Shown: positions 10,287 through 19,416 of the stretch, in pieces
Numbering within the stretch: the stretch's first letter is position 1
How the letters are laid out: every line of letters starts with the position of its first letter
Assembly: GCA_038821645.1 (NCBI GenBank)
Contig: JAWBDT010000015.1
Location: 1 to 30,848 of the forward strand
DNA from: Ignisphaera sp.
Lineage (GTDB): Archaea; Thermoproteota; Thermoprotei_A; Sulfolobales; Ignisphaeraceae
Reading direction: 5' to 3'
Length of the DNA: 30,848 nt
Position numbers and translations under genes: made by a program
The notes under the pieces: generated by a model
Database searches by the model: none
What the model was told of the DNA's origin: nothing
Seen by the model: the letters and a program-made list of their open reading frames with translations, nothing else

Positions 10287-11633
10287 ATGAGTTCGAAACC
10301 ACATTTAAATCTTGTAATTATAGGACATGTAGATCATGGTAAAAGCACACTAGTAGGTCGTCTACTAGTTGAAACAGGTGCTGTAGATGAGAAAACATGG
10401 AAAGAAGTGGTAGAGGCAGCTATTAAGGCTGGTAAAGAGAGTGAGAAATATGCTTGGCTTCTTGATAGACTCAAGGAGGAGAGAGAACGTGGTTTGACGA
10501 TATCTTTAGCTTATAGAAAGTTTGAGACAAACAACATATACTATACAATAATTGATGCACCAGGTCATAGAGACTTCATCAAGAACATGATTACAGGTGC
10601 TAGTCAAGCAGATGTAGCCGTATTAGCAATATCAGCTAAGAAGGGTGAATTCGAGGCTGGTATGAGTCCTGAAGGTCAGACAAGAGAGCATATACTTCTC
10701 GCTAAAACTATGGGTATAGATAACTTAATCATAGCTATAACTAAGATGGATACCACAGAACCGCCTTATTCAGAAAAAAGATTTATTGAAATAATAGAGA
10801 TACTGACGAAATTCCTTAAAGTTGTTGGATATAAACTCGAATCTATAACAGTAGTACCTACAGCTGCTTGGGTAGGAGATAATGTTACAAAATACTCTCA
10901 GAACATGCCTTGGTGGAATCAGCAGAAAATAGAGGAATTGAAGAAGAAATATGGATTAAATGGTGCTTTAACACTATATGAAGCACTTGATAATGTGAAG
11001 CCTCCACCAAAACCAATAGATAAACCATTGAGGATACCCATATCTGAAGTATTCACTATACCTGGTGTAGGTACTGTACCTGTTGGAAGAGTTGAAACAG
11101 GTGTACTAAAGGTAGGCGATAAAGTCATATTCATGCCTCCCAATGTATCTGGCGAAGTGAGGAGTATTGAGATGCATCACCAGAGAATAGAACAAGCACT
11201 ACCTGGCGACAATATAGGTTTCAACGTCAGAGGTATATCTAAAGAGCAAGTCAAAAGAGGAGATGTAGTTGGACATACTACAAATCCACCTACTGTTGTA
11301 GAAGAATTCACAGCTAGAGTTATGATCGTTTGGCATCCATCTGCTATAGCCCCGGGCTATACACCAGTTATACATGCTCATACAGCTAGTATTGCTTGTA
11401 GAATAACCGAGATAGTGGCAAAACTAGATCCAAGAACAGGTCAAGTAATAGAGAAGAACCCGCCGTTCATAAAGCAGGGAGATATAGCTATAGTTAAATT
11501 CAAGCCCATAAAGCCTATGGTTATAGAGAAGTATAGTGAATTTCCACAACTAGGGAGATTTGCTTTAAGAGATATGGGTAAGACAATCGGTATAGGAATA
11601 GTCATGGATGTCAAACCCACAAAATCTGGATAA
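10287..11633 (+). CDS. tuf: Translation elongation factor EF-1alpha (aEF1A)
   Basis: [10 protein letters not shown]-loop, [31 protein letters not shown] insert and [10 protein letters not shown]. Confidence 0.99.
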   Translation: MSSKPHLNLVIIGHVDHGKSTLVGRLLVETGAVDEKTWKEVVEAAIKAGKESEKYAWLLDRLKEERERGLTISLAYRKFETNNIYYTIIDAPGHRDFIKNMITGASQADVAVLAISAKKGEFEAGMSPEGQTREHILLAKTMGIDNLIIAITKMDTTEPPYSEKRFIEIIEILTKFLKVVGYKLESITVVPTAAWVGDNVTKYSQNMPWWNQQKIEELKKKYGLNGALTLYEALDNVKPPPKPIDKPLRIPISEVFTIPGVGTVPVGRVETGVLKVGDKVIFMPPNVSGEVRSIEMHHQRIEQALPGDNIGFNVRGISKEQVKRGDVVGHTTNPPTVVEEFTARVMIVWHPSAIAPGYTPVIHAHTASIACRITEIVAKLDPRTGQVIEKNPPFIKQGDIAIVKFKPIKPMVIEKYSEFPQLGRFALRDMGKTIGIGIVMDVKPTKSG

Positions 11634-11676
11634 TCATCTACATAGACATTTATACTTTACTTAAAGGTCGCAAGAA

Positions 11677-11991
11677 ATGTCAACAACGATAAGGATCAGG
11701 CTTTGGAGCTCAAATATAGATAACCTTAATTATGTTGTATCACAGATAGTTGATATAGCAAAAAACGCTGGAGTGAAACTAAAAGGCCCTATACCACTAC
11801 CAACAAAAAGATTAGCAGTACCAATACCAAGACTACCACATGGAGAAGGAACAAAAGTGTGGGACAAATGGGAAATGAGAATACATAAACGCATAATAGA
11901 TATAGAGGCAAATGAGTACGTAATAAGACAAATCATGAGGGTTAGAGTACCAGAAAATGTCTATATAGAGATCGAAATCAAAAGAAAATAA
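11677..11991 (+). CDS. rps10: 30S ribosomal protein S10 (uS10)
   Basis: IRIRLWS...[10 protein letters not shown]...[12 protein letters not shown]. Confidence 0.98.
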   Translation: MSTTIRIRLWSSNIDNLNYVVSQIVDIAKNAGVKLKGPIPLPTKRLAVPIPRLPHGEGTKVWDKWEMRIHKRIIDIEANEYVIRQIMRVRVPENVYIEIEIKRK

Positions 11992-12109
11992 TGTAACTAC
12001 CACAAAGTATTCAAACTAGTGTTAAACTGACCACAAAACCAAATAGAAGTAAAATTTATTTCATCTAGATGTTGCTTAGAGATTGTGTCTTTCAAATCTT
12101 TTGATCTGC

Positions 12110-12197
12110 GCCGGGGTGCCCGAGTGGTCTAAGGGGCCGGCCTGGAGAGCCGGTGCGGGATATCCGCACGCGGGTTCAAATCCCGCCCCCGGCGCCA
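12110..12197 (+). tRNA. tRNA-Ser(GGA), long variable arm, CCA encoded
   Basis: GCCGGGGTGCCCGAGTGGTCTAAGGGG CCGGC-CTGGAGA-GCCGG, variable arm, GGTTCAAATCC...GCCA. Confidence 0.97.
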
Positions 12198-12711
12198 AAC
12201 AATTGAATAACCTCAACTTTTCAAATTGTTAGAAACACGTCTTACATCTAGAATGCTATATGTGTCTAGTGAATGAGGGATCTACGCATCATTACCTAGA
12301 ACTTCAGTCATCTCTAAGAATGCTAAAAATATAGGGCGTGCTTATATGAAGTATCAAGTAAAGATCAATGTTGTTTCTTGAGAGCTAATTGCCTTAGAGA
12401 TGAACGATAAGGATATAAACTACATTATAGCGATTGTTTTGTAGCTGTAAAGCTGTAGATTTAGTACGGTTATAATGTTGTGTCTAATCAATATTACCCA
12501 GCTAAGTGTTAAATCTCTAAGTAAAAGTTCGTAAAACTGATTAAGATATCTAAACTCAAATGTAGAAGTTGAATATCAAGAATTGGTTTGCAAATAGGTT
12601 AAAATCAAAAGATCCACAATTATACATACTAATATTCTGCAACAACATTTTTAAACTCTTAAATAATGTGATGAACTGTAGCTATAGACCACTAGAGGTT
12701 GGTGCTATTAA

Positions 12712-13719
12712 TTGAGTTCAAAGCTCTTATTGGAATTAGATCACGTAAAGGCTTACTATAGACAGGTTATAGGTCCTCGTGTAAGAATTGTTAGGGCTGT
12801 TGATGATGTTTCTTTAAAGATTTATGAAAGAGAAGTTGTGGGTGTTGTTGGTGAATCAGGTTGTGGTAAATCTACGATGGCTAACGTAATAATGATGAAT
12901 ATTAGACCACCACTGAGATTTGAAGGAGGTTCTGTAAAACTCTATACACCCAAAGGTATCGTAAGTCTAGAGAGGCTTAGTAAGGATGAGATAAAGAATA
13001 TAATATGGGGACGCGAAATAGCTATAGTTCCTCAATCAGCTTTAAATGCACTCATGCCTACACTAAAGATTAAGCGTATTGTCTATGATGTTCTAAGAAG
13101 TCATATACCTAATATAGATATGGATAAAGTTGTGGAACTCACATTGAGAAGATTTAAAGAGCTGGGTCTTCCTGAACGTGCTATAGATATGTATCCGTTT
13201 GAGCTTTCTGGAGGTATGAGACAAAGAGCTGTTATAGCTATATCAACGCTTCTAAATCCAAGAATTCTACTAGTCGATGAGCCTACTTCAGCATTAGATG
13301 TAGTTACACAGAAAATGGTCTTAAAGACATTCAAAGACGTGTTTGAGAAAGAGATCATAAAGACCATAGTATTTATTTCACACGATATTGCTACGGTGAG
13401 ACAGATAGCTAATAGAATGATTGTTATGTATGCTGGAAAAATAGTTGAGGACAGCCCCACAGAAGACATAATTTCTAGGCCTCTACATCCTTATTCTGAA
13501 GGATTGATAGGTTCTGTTCTAACTCCAGAAGAAGAAATAAGAAAGAGAGGGCTTAGGTATATTCCAGGTCAACCACCAGATCTAGCTAATCCACCACCAG
13601 GCTGTAGATTTCATCCAAGATGTCCATTTGCTATGGATATATGTAGAAGAGAAGAACCTCCACTAATAGCTATTGATTCCAATAGATATGTTTCATGTTG
13701 GTTGTATATGAAGAGGTGA
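12712..13719 (+). CDS. ABC transporter ATP-binding protein, DppD/OppD (peptide/oligosaccharide) family
   Basis: Walker A GESGCGKS, LSGGMRQR, DEPTSALD, and an HPY domain with a C-terminal Cys cluster (CRFHPRC...C...C). TTG start; TTTTTAAA at 12648-12655. Confidence 0.93.
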   Translation: MSSKLLLELDHVKAYYRQVIGPRVRIVRAVDDVSLKIYEREVVGVVGESGCGKSTMANVIMMNIRPPLRFEGGSVKLYTPKGIVSLERLSKDEIKNIIWGREIAIVPQSALNALMPTLKIKRIVYDVLRSHIPNIDMDKVVELTLRRFKELGLPERAIDMYPFELSGGMRQRAVIAISTLLNPRILLVDEPTSALDVVTQKMVLKTFKDVFEKEIIKTIVFISHDIATVRQIANRMIVMYAGKIVEDSPTEDIISRPLHPYSEGLIGSVLTPEEEIRKRGLRYIPGQPPDLANPPPGCRFHPRCPFAMDICRREEPPLIAIDSNRYVSCWLYMKR

Positions 13720-13725
13720 TAAACT

Positions 13726-14526
13726 ATGGTGCTACTTGAAGTTAAAAACTTGACTAAAATATTTGAGGCAGGATTCATAAGGAAGAGACATATTGTTGCT
13801 GTCGATAATGTATCCTTCTCTATTAGAGAAGGAGAGATAGTTTCACTTGTTGGTGAATCTGGTTCAGGAAAAACCACTACAGCTAGGATGATCTTAAGAT
13901 TGCTGCCACCTACATCAGGAAATATATATTTTGACGGAAAAGATATATGGAAGGATCTAAGGTCAGGTAAAGATGTGGTAGACTATTGGAGAAAAGTTCA
14001 TGCAGTATTCCAAGATCCTTACTCAAGCTATAACCCATTCTATACAATAGATAGAGTACTGAATCAAGCACTCAAACTAATGGATATAGATCCCAAATCA
14101 CCTGAGGGCGAGAAATTAATAAATGAAGCTCTAACTTACGTAGGTCTACAACCAAACGAGGTTCTAGGCAAATATCCACACCAGTTATCAGGAGGACAGA
14201 GACAAAGAATAATGATTGCACGATGCTGGCTCCTAAGACCTAAACTCATACTAGCAGATGAACCTGTATCTATGGTTGATGCATCAATCAGAGGAGCCAT
14301 AATTAAGCTATTCATGAACATGAGGGATGATTATGGTACATCAGTTGTATTCATTACACATGATCTTGGATTAGCATACTATGTATCTGATAGAATACTT
14401 GTAATGTACAAAGGTAAGATAGTAGATGAAGGAACACCTGATGAGTTGCTAAAGAAACCAAAACATGAGTACACAATTAACTTGATATCAAGTGTACCAA
14501 CTCTATACAGAAAGTGGAGCTTGTAG
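13726..14526 (+). CDS. ABC transporter ATP-binding protein, DppF/OppF family
   Basis: GESGSGKT, FQDPYSS, YPHQLSGGQRQR and DEPVSMVD; GAGGTGA SD. Confidence 0.93.
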   Translation: MVLLEVKNLTKIFEAGFIRKRHIVAVDNVSFSIREGEIVSLVGESGSGKTTTARMILRLLPPTSGNIYFDGKDIWKDLRSGKDVVDYWRKVHAVFQDPYSSYNPFYTIDRVLNQALKLMDIDPKSPEGEKLINEALTYVGLQPNEVLGKYPHQLSGGQRQRIMIARCWLLRPKLILADEPVSMVDASIRGAIIKLFMNMRDDYGTSVVFITHDLGLAYYVSDRILVMYKGKIVDEGTPDELLKKPKHEYTINLISSVPTLYRKWSL

Positions 14527-14839
14527 AATCAAACCAAAAACATTATTCTATATATTGATGTCACAAAATATTGATTATCCAACAATGAATGATTTACCTT
14601 TAGATACATCTTCAAAGAACAGAAATGATTATTTTTAAATCATTGTATTACTAAAATTAATTCACGACTGTGAGATAACTTATCCATCTGCTCTAATCTA
14701 TAATTACGATCTAGTGTCGGTCTTACTGTTAGCGAGAGCCCTTTAGTAAATGCTACTATATAGAGCAAATACATTAATAAACCACCCAAATAAATTATGT
14801 CTTAATCAGATATTGAAAGACTCAAAAGGGTATATATGT

Positions 14840-15601
14840 ATGTCCAAGAAAAGGTATAAGCAATTCAGTAAGGTTATAGTATCGTATGTTGTTTTAGCTA
14901 TAGGTCTAATAGTGTTTGCTTCTGGCTGGATCTATATGATAGTTACTGGAGGTGTAAAGATTATAGAAAGACCATATATGATTAGTATTCCTAGAAAATA
15001 CTTTGGAGAGATACTTTTGTCACCTCCAGGTGAACAAAGACTTAGTATAGAAACTATACTTGAGGTAAATAATTTTACTGCTAAAGGAGGAGTACTAGAA
15101 GATGTAAAACAATTCTCTATAAACAACAGAAGTTATATTCTTACAACAATAAAGATAAAAGGAAGAACATTAGATGGTTCAGCTATATCACTAACTATTC
15201 AGGTATACAATGTAGATAGTGGTGAACTCGTAGGTTCTGGTAATATTATGAACAAGTCCAGTATAGTAGATGGAGAATATATTGTGAGTACATCACTTGG
15301 ATCAGGCAAGTATTTGCTTAAACTATTATCGAATAGCGATACATATATAGAATATCTAGCATTACGTGGAATATACTATGATCAACTCACAAACCCTGCA
15401 CTCTCTATAAGTTTTACACCAGAGGAATTCTATCATCATACGCTTTACTATGTTGAAAGAGTAGATTTAAGAGATTTATGGATCTCGGTAGCAGCCATAG
15501 TATCGGGACTAACGTTTATACAGATTTCGTTAGTAATAGCTATGTTTGCATCTAAAACGTATGCAATAGAGTCACCAATAGTTAAGACGAAGAAGCGGTA
15601 A
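14840..15601 (+). CDS. Hypothetical membrane protein with N- and C-terminal TM helices around a beta-rich domain
   Basis: Long ORF (track start 14750; ATG 14840 preferred). Hydrophobic segments VIVSYVVLAIGLIVFASGWIYMIV and LWISVAAIVSGLTFIQISLVIAMFA. Confidence 0.75.
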   Translation: MSKKRYKQFSKVIVSYVVLAIGLIVFASGWIYMIVTGGVKIIERPYMISIPRKYFGEILLSPPGEQRLSIETILEVNNFTAKGGVLEDVKQFSINNRSYILTTIKIKGRTLDGSAISLTIQVYNVDSGELVGSGNIMNKSSIVDGEYIVSTSLGSGKYLLKLLSNSDTYIEYLALRGIYYDQLTNPALSISFTPEEFYHHTLYYVERVDLRDLWISVAAIVSGLTFIQISLVIAMFASKTYAIESPIVKTKKR

Positions 15602-15684
15602 ATCATGAAATAGTAAAAATAATATTATGTGTATAAATACGTTTATACTAGTAAGAAAACTCTCTATTGATAGATGTGCTAAAA

Positions 15685-16228
15685 ATGAAAAAGAAACCGT
15701 GATAGCAATAACAATAATAGTAGTTCTTGTTGATTCTCTTCTACACATACTTTTCACGATTCAGATATCTGTCATATTACAGCTACAGTTGACTCCTACT
15801 CCTAAACTGACTCCTACTCCAGTTTCAGAGTTAACGATAACGATCACGAAAACAGAAACTATAAAAAATGGAAACAATGGTGACTCGTGAAGCAGTTACA
15901 CAAACAATTGTATCTACAATTAAAAACCATAGAGACATACACTATATCATATACATCGACAGTTTTTGGGATAATGAAGCAAACAACAACAATAATTGAA
16001 ATAGTGAAGTAAACAATATCAATAATCCAAATATCTCTTGAGACTTTAAGAACAACACGGCTGAGGACAGCTACTGTAACAAGTACATTAATATCAACTC
16101 AAGTTTTTGCTATGACCACTATAGAATCAATTAAGATAGCAGAAGTAAATTGGGGTATTGCAATTGGTTTATCAGTATTGTTACTGATCATAGGTTTTGC
16201 TACAGGGTACATAGTCATAAGGAAATGA
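15685..16228 (+). pseudogene. Disrupted Thr-rich cell-surface protein with C-terminal membrane anchor
   Basis: Joining frames gives MKKETVIAITIIVVLV...LTPTPKLTPTPV...TITITKTETIK/METMVTREAVTQTIVSTIK/TIETYTISYTST...VK*TISIIQ...VNWGIAIGLSVLLLIIGFATGYIVIRK*. This needs three indels in A runs and one in-frame TAA. Confidence 0.75.
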
Positions 16229-16400
16229 CCAATAGATAAATATTTTTAATTTCACTAAATCTATTCTATATTAAATTAACCTACACATGAAACCATACAT
16301 GAAGACATCATTAACAATAGCTAAATGTTCTAGTTATCGTATTCATTTTATGTCTATGCTAATCAACAAGATTTATTTTTAGAACAACATTCTATTTGTA

Positions 16401-17108
16401 TTGAGGGGCATCTTAGTGGTGTATCAAGATTCAATGTCGTTGATATGGTTTGTAGTCTCAGGAGCAATAATAGATTCTATTGATCCGTGTATATACGTTT
16501 TATACATTTCTTTATTATCAGTTGCTGCTACAGATATTCGTCATGTAATGAAAACATCAATAATTTTCATATCATCGGTATACATCGGATATCTATTATT
16601 TAATGCTGTACTGAGGTTTGTTTTGAAGATTGTATTGCCTTCACGATCAATTTTATCATTTGTTTTAATCCTCTATGCATTAGCTTTAATTTTATATACT
16701 TTATTACTTGAGAGAAATAGTGTAGAAAATATTTGTAGAGAAGATAGACCTTTGTGTAGATTCATAAATAGATTTGATCTGAGATTAAGAACTTTGAATA
16801 TCTTCAGTATAGCTATTATAGGATTTTTGGCCTCCTTTACTATATTGCCTTGTAGTGCTGGAATGGCTTTAGCATTCAATATAGTTACAAGAGATTTAGG
16901 GTTTAGTGTATGGATACCATTGGCAGCACTTTATACAGCGATATTTGTTTCACCATTGATATTGATATCATTGGCAGTAATAGGTTTAACTAAGATTAAG
17001 AATGTATATGAGGTAGTTCTGAAGCATCAAAAACTAGTTAAAGTCTTAGGAGGGATTCTAATGATTTTGGTGGCGCTAGTAACTATACTGGATTTGTCGA
17101 TACCTTGA
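16401..17108 (+). CDS. CcdA/DsbD-like thiol-redox membrane protein (cytochrome c biogenesis TM region); start may be 16416 or 16434
   Basis: About six hydrophobic helices with the paired DSIDPC and LPCSAG motifs typical of the family. Confidence 0.75.
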   Translation: MRGILVVYQDSMSLIWFVVSGAIIDSIDPCIYVLYISLLSVAATDIRHVMKTSIIFISSVYIGYLLFNAVLRFVLKIVLPSRSILSFVLILYALALILYTLLLERNSVENICREDRPLCRFINRFDLRLRTLNIFSIAIIGFLASFTILPCSAGMALAFNIVTRDLGFSVWIPLAALYTAIFVSPLILISLAVIGLTKIKNVYEVVLKHQKLVKVLGGILMILVALVTILDLSIP

Positions 17109-17237
17109 CTTTATACCATAGTTAATTTCAATATGCTTCGGATGACATTGATGATTATTAGTTGTATAGAGTATAGATAAAGCTATAAGTTGCTAAACTT
17201 TGATCAATATATGCTACATTAAAAGTGGTGAAATGTT

Positions 17238-17894
17238 TTGAGTCTAGATGTTAGTGCTTGGTGGAAAGAGGTATGGAGTTGGGATAGGGTTAAACAAGCT
17301 ATAAGCACTCTTCCTGGGAGACTAGGGTTTGAGAAAGACAGAGAGTTAAGGTTTTTCAGACTCAGAGTTGATATAGAGAGTGGCGAAGTCTATGACGAGA
17401 TTCTAGCCAGATTCTTAAGTGAAAGAGAGAGATATGGTCTCTACTTCATTCTCTATAGATATTCTCAAACAGATAAAGAAATTGAAGAAATGGGAGAATA
17501 TGTAACGTTATCACAAATATGTCCAGCTCTCCATTGCCCTATGGTTAAACAAAACATGAATGCATTTGAGAAAGTTTTCGGATACAAACAAGGTTTACTA
17601 TATAAAGCAGCAGAAGCCTTTGATTACGAGAAAATCGATATAGGAGACGAAGCAGTAAAAATCTACATACTGCCTAAGGTTCCTATAGTGATAAGTGTAT
17701 GGTTAGGTGAAGAAGAAATACCACCCTCTGTCTCGATACTCTATGATAAATCAGTAACACATTATCTAGATTGTGAAGCATCATCAATTATGGCTGGAGT
17801 AACGCTTACAAGACTAATAATCTCTTTAGCAAAGAACTACAATATATATGTACAAGGTGTAGAGTATAGCTATAGATATCAATGTTCCGAATAG
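17238..17894 (+). CDS. DUF3786-like protein
   Basis: The C-terminal LPKVPIVISVWLGEEEIPPSVSILYD..V.HYL pattern resembles DUF3786 (recognised from memory). TTG start after GGTGA. Confidence 0.7.
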   Translation: MSLDVSAWWKEVWSWDRVKQAISTLPGRLGFEKDRELRFFRLRVDIESGEVYDEILARFLSERERYGLYFILYRYSQTDKEIEEMGEYVTLSQICPALHCPMVKQNMNAFEKVFGYKQGLLYKAAEAFDYEKIDIGDEAVKIYILPKVPIVISVWLGEEEIPPSVSILYDKSVTHYLDCEASSIMAGVTLTRLIISLAKNYNIYVQGVEYSYRYQCSE

Positions 17895-18388
17895 ATTATA
17901 AACAACCATAGAATAGATCAAAAATACCTCAGGTAAAGACTTCACAACTTTATCCTAGCTCTTAGTTTTAACTCTGAAGAACAAATAAAGTAACTGAAAT
18001 ATAAAGTTTCAATATCCAATACTCAAGAAATAACATCTTCATCAATTTCCTCATTTACAGACTATGTAGAAATAAAGTATAATAAATCATAAGAGAATCG
18101 TTCCAATAAAGTATAAGACTCATTTAAGGAACTGATAAAACAGAAGAACAATAATAATTGTGGAAATAGTATAATATAAGTATAGAGAGAATTATAGAGT
18201 ACGACATAGATTTGGTTAGCATGACATTCATACATTATCTAGTAATAGAATTATCATTTTTAGGAGAATGTAAGAACTTGATGATGAGAACATAGTCTCT
18301 TGTTGTACCACAGACCAAAACATGTTACCCAGAACCTAATTGAAGTAATATCACTCAATTGAAACTATGAAGATCTTCGTAAAATCTT

Positions 18389-18465
18389 TGGTGGGGCCGC
18401 GGGGATTTGAACCCCGGACCACGGGGGCCCAAGCCCCGCATTCTACCAAGCTAAACTACGGCCCC
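18389..18465 (-). tRNA. tRNA-Pro(TGG), CCA encoded
   Basis: Reverse complement GGGGCCGTAGTTTAGC...CGGGG-CTTGGGC-CCCCG...GGTTCAAATCCCCGCGGCCCCACCA. Confidence 0.96.
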
Positions 18466-18502
18466 AGTTAGTTCTAAGAAAGCATTGTGTATTGTGTATT
18501 TT

Positions 18503-18973
18503 TTAAGTTATTGTGGTGGCAGTCGATGATATGGTTTCAATTGTTTGTTGTTCTATGAATGTGGTGTAGGTTTGAGGAACCTCTATCGTGTTTATTAATG
18601 ATGCATAGAGTGCAGATAGCGTTATCTCCATTATGTCTTGCTCATTTCTATCGATATCTATTTCTCTACCGAGGAGTATCTTCAATATCGATTTTGATGA
18701 TTGAATTATGTTTCCTCCTTTAACAATGTTTCTCATATGAATTAATATTTGCTCTATATCTTGTTCTCTCAGACTCGTAATAGGTTTTACGTATTCTCTT
18801 AATGCTGAAACAGTTGAAAACCTAATCTTTATGCCAACAATATCAGCTATATTGTGAAGTGTGTAGAGAGATTCAGGAATACAGTCTATGTATTCCTTGA
18901 TCGAGGAAAAACTATCTTCGCATAGAGAGTATACACATATAGCTAGATCTTCTAAAGCGACGAACATCCACAT
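18503..18973 (-). CDS. Hypothetical protein
   Basis: 156-aa ORF with ordinary composition that fills the gap between two co-oriented tRNAs; no motif recognised. Confidence 0.65.
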   Translation of the reverse strand: MWMFVALEDLAICVYSLCEDSFSSIKEYIDCIPESLYTLHNIADIVGIKIRFSTVSALREYVKPITSLREQDIEQILIHMRNIVKGGNIIQSSKSILKILLGREIDIDRNEQDIMEITLSALYASLINTIEVPQTYTTFIEQQTIETISSTATTIT

Positions 18974-19042
18974 CTACCACATTAATCGTTACGTTATTGA
19001 TAAATATATGAGTTAGAAGCCTAAAAAAGACATAGAAATTAG

Positions 19043-19133
19043 TGCCGCCGGCGGGACTTGAACCCGCGACCACCGGATCTCCCAGATAAAAGCTTATGAG
19101 TCCGGCGCTCTAACCGGGCTGAGCTACGGCGGC
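19043..19133 (-). tRNA. Elongator tRNA-Met(CAT) with a 16-nt intron at 37/38 (19079-19094); CCA not encoded
   Basis: Reverse complement GCCGCCGTAGCTCAG...CCGGA-CTCATA[AGCTTTTATCTGGGAG]A-TCCGG...GGTTCAAGTCCCGCCGGCGGCA. CTCA pairs with intron TGGG as the bulge-helix-bulge central helix. Confidence 0.93.
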
Positions 19134-19289
19134 TAACGCTAATAATTATCACTATAGGTAAGTTTATAAGCTTCATCTACTTTTTGCAAACTTTGATCCA
19201 CACCTTTATTTAAGGACACTAAATAAGATGTTGATTAAGGATTCTAAAATATGGTTTTGGAGAATACATGATACATTTCTCTTCTAGAA

Positions 19290-19341
19290 TCAGCCCTTCT
19301 AAGCATCATCATGTCTCAGCTATGGCCGCCACATTCATCAC
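19290..19341 (-). ncRNA. Box C/D 2'-O-methylation guide sRNA
   Basis: Minus strand reads GTGATGA (C) ATGTGGCGGCCATAG CTGA (D') GAC ATGATGA (C') TGCTTAGAAGGG CTGA (D): four perfect boxes with canonical spacing in an intergenic region. Confidence 0.9.
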
Positions 19342-19416
19342 ATGCTTGATTTATCTTTGGTATACCTAATCTATTTTTAAGTTACTAAGAGATATAATTT
19401 TATTTGGTGAACATTT

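Noticed and set aside
12273-12444. Possible decayed small ORF (MRDLRIIT*/TSVISKNAKNIGRAYMKYQVKINVVS*ELIALEM...)
   Set aside because: It needs a frameshift and two stops, and I cannot assign it to any family.
783-14321. Short minus-strand ORFs inside rpo, rps, tuf and ABC genes (similar shadow ORFs overlap thiI, the GT-C gene and the antiporter)
   Set aside because: They are antisense shadows of well-conserved genes and show no motifs of their own.
18281-18365. ATGATGA box and two ATTGAA motifs resembling a C/D sRNA or CRISPR repeat ends
   Set aside because: No CTGA at guide distance, and no full-length repeats with spacers.
12110-19133. Integrated element between tRNA-Ser and tRNA-Pro/Met
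   Set aside because: No integrase or viral gene, and no duplicated tRNA half (att site) was seen.
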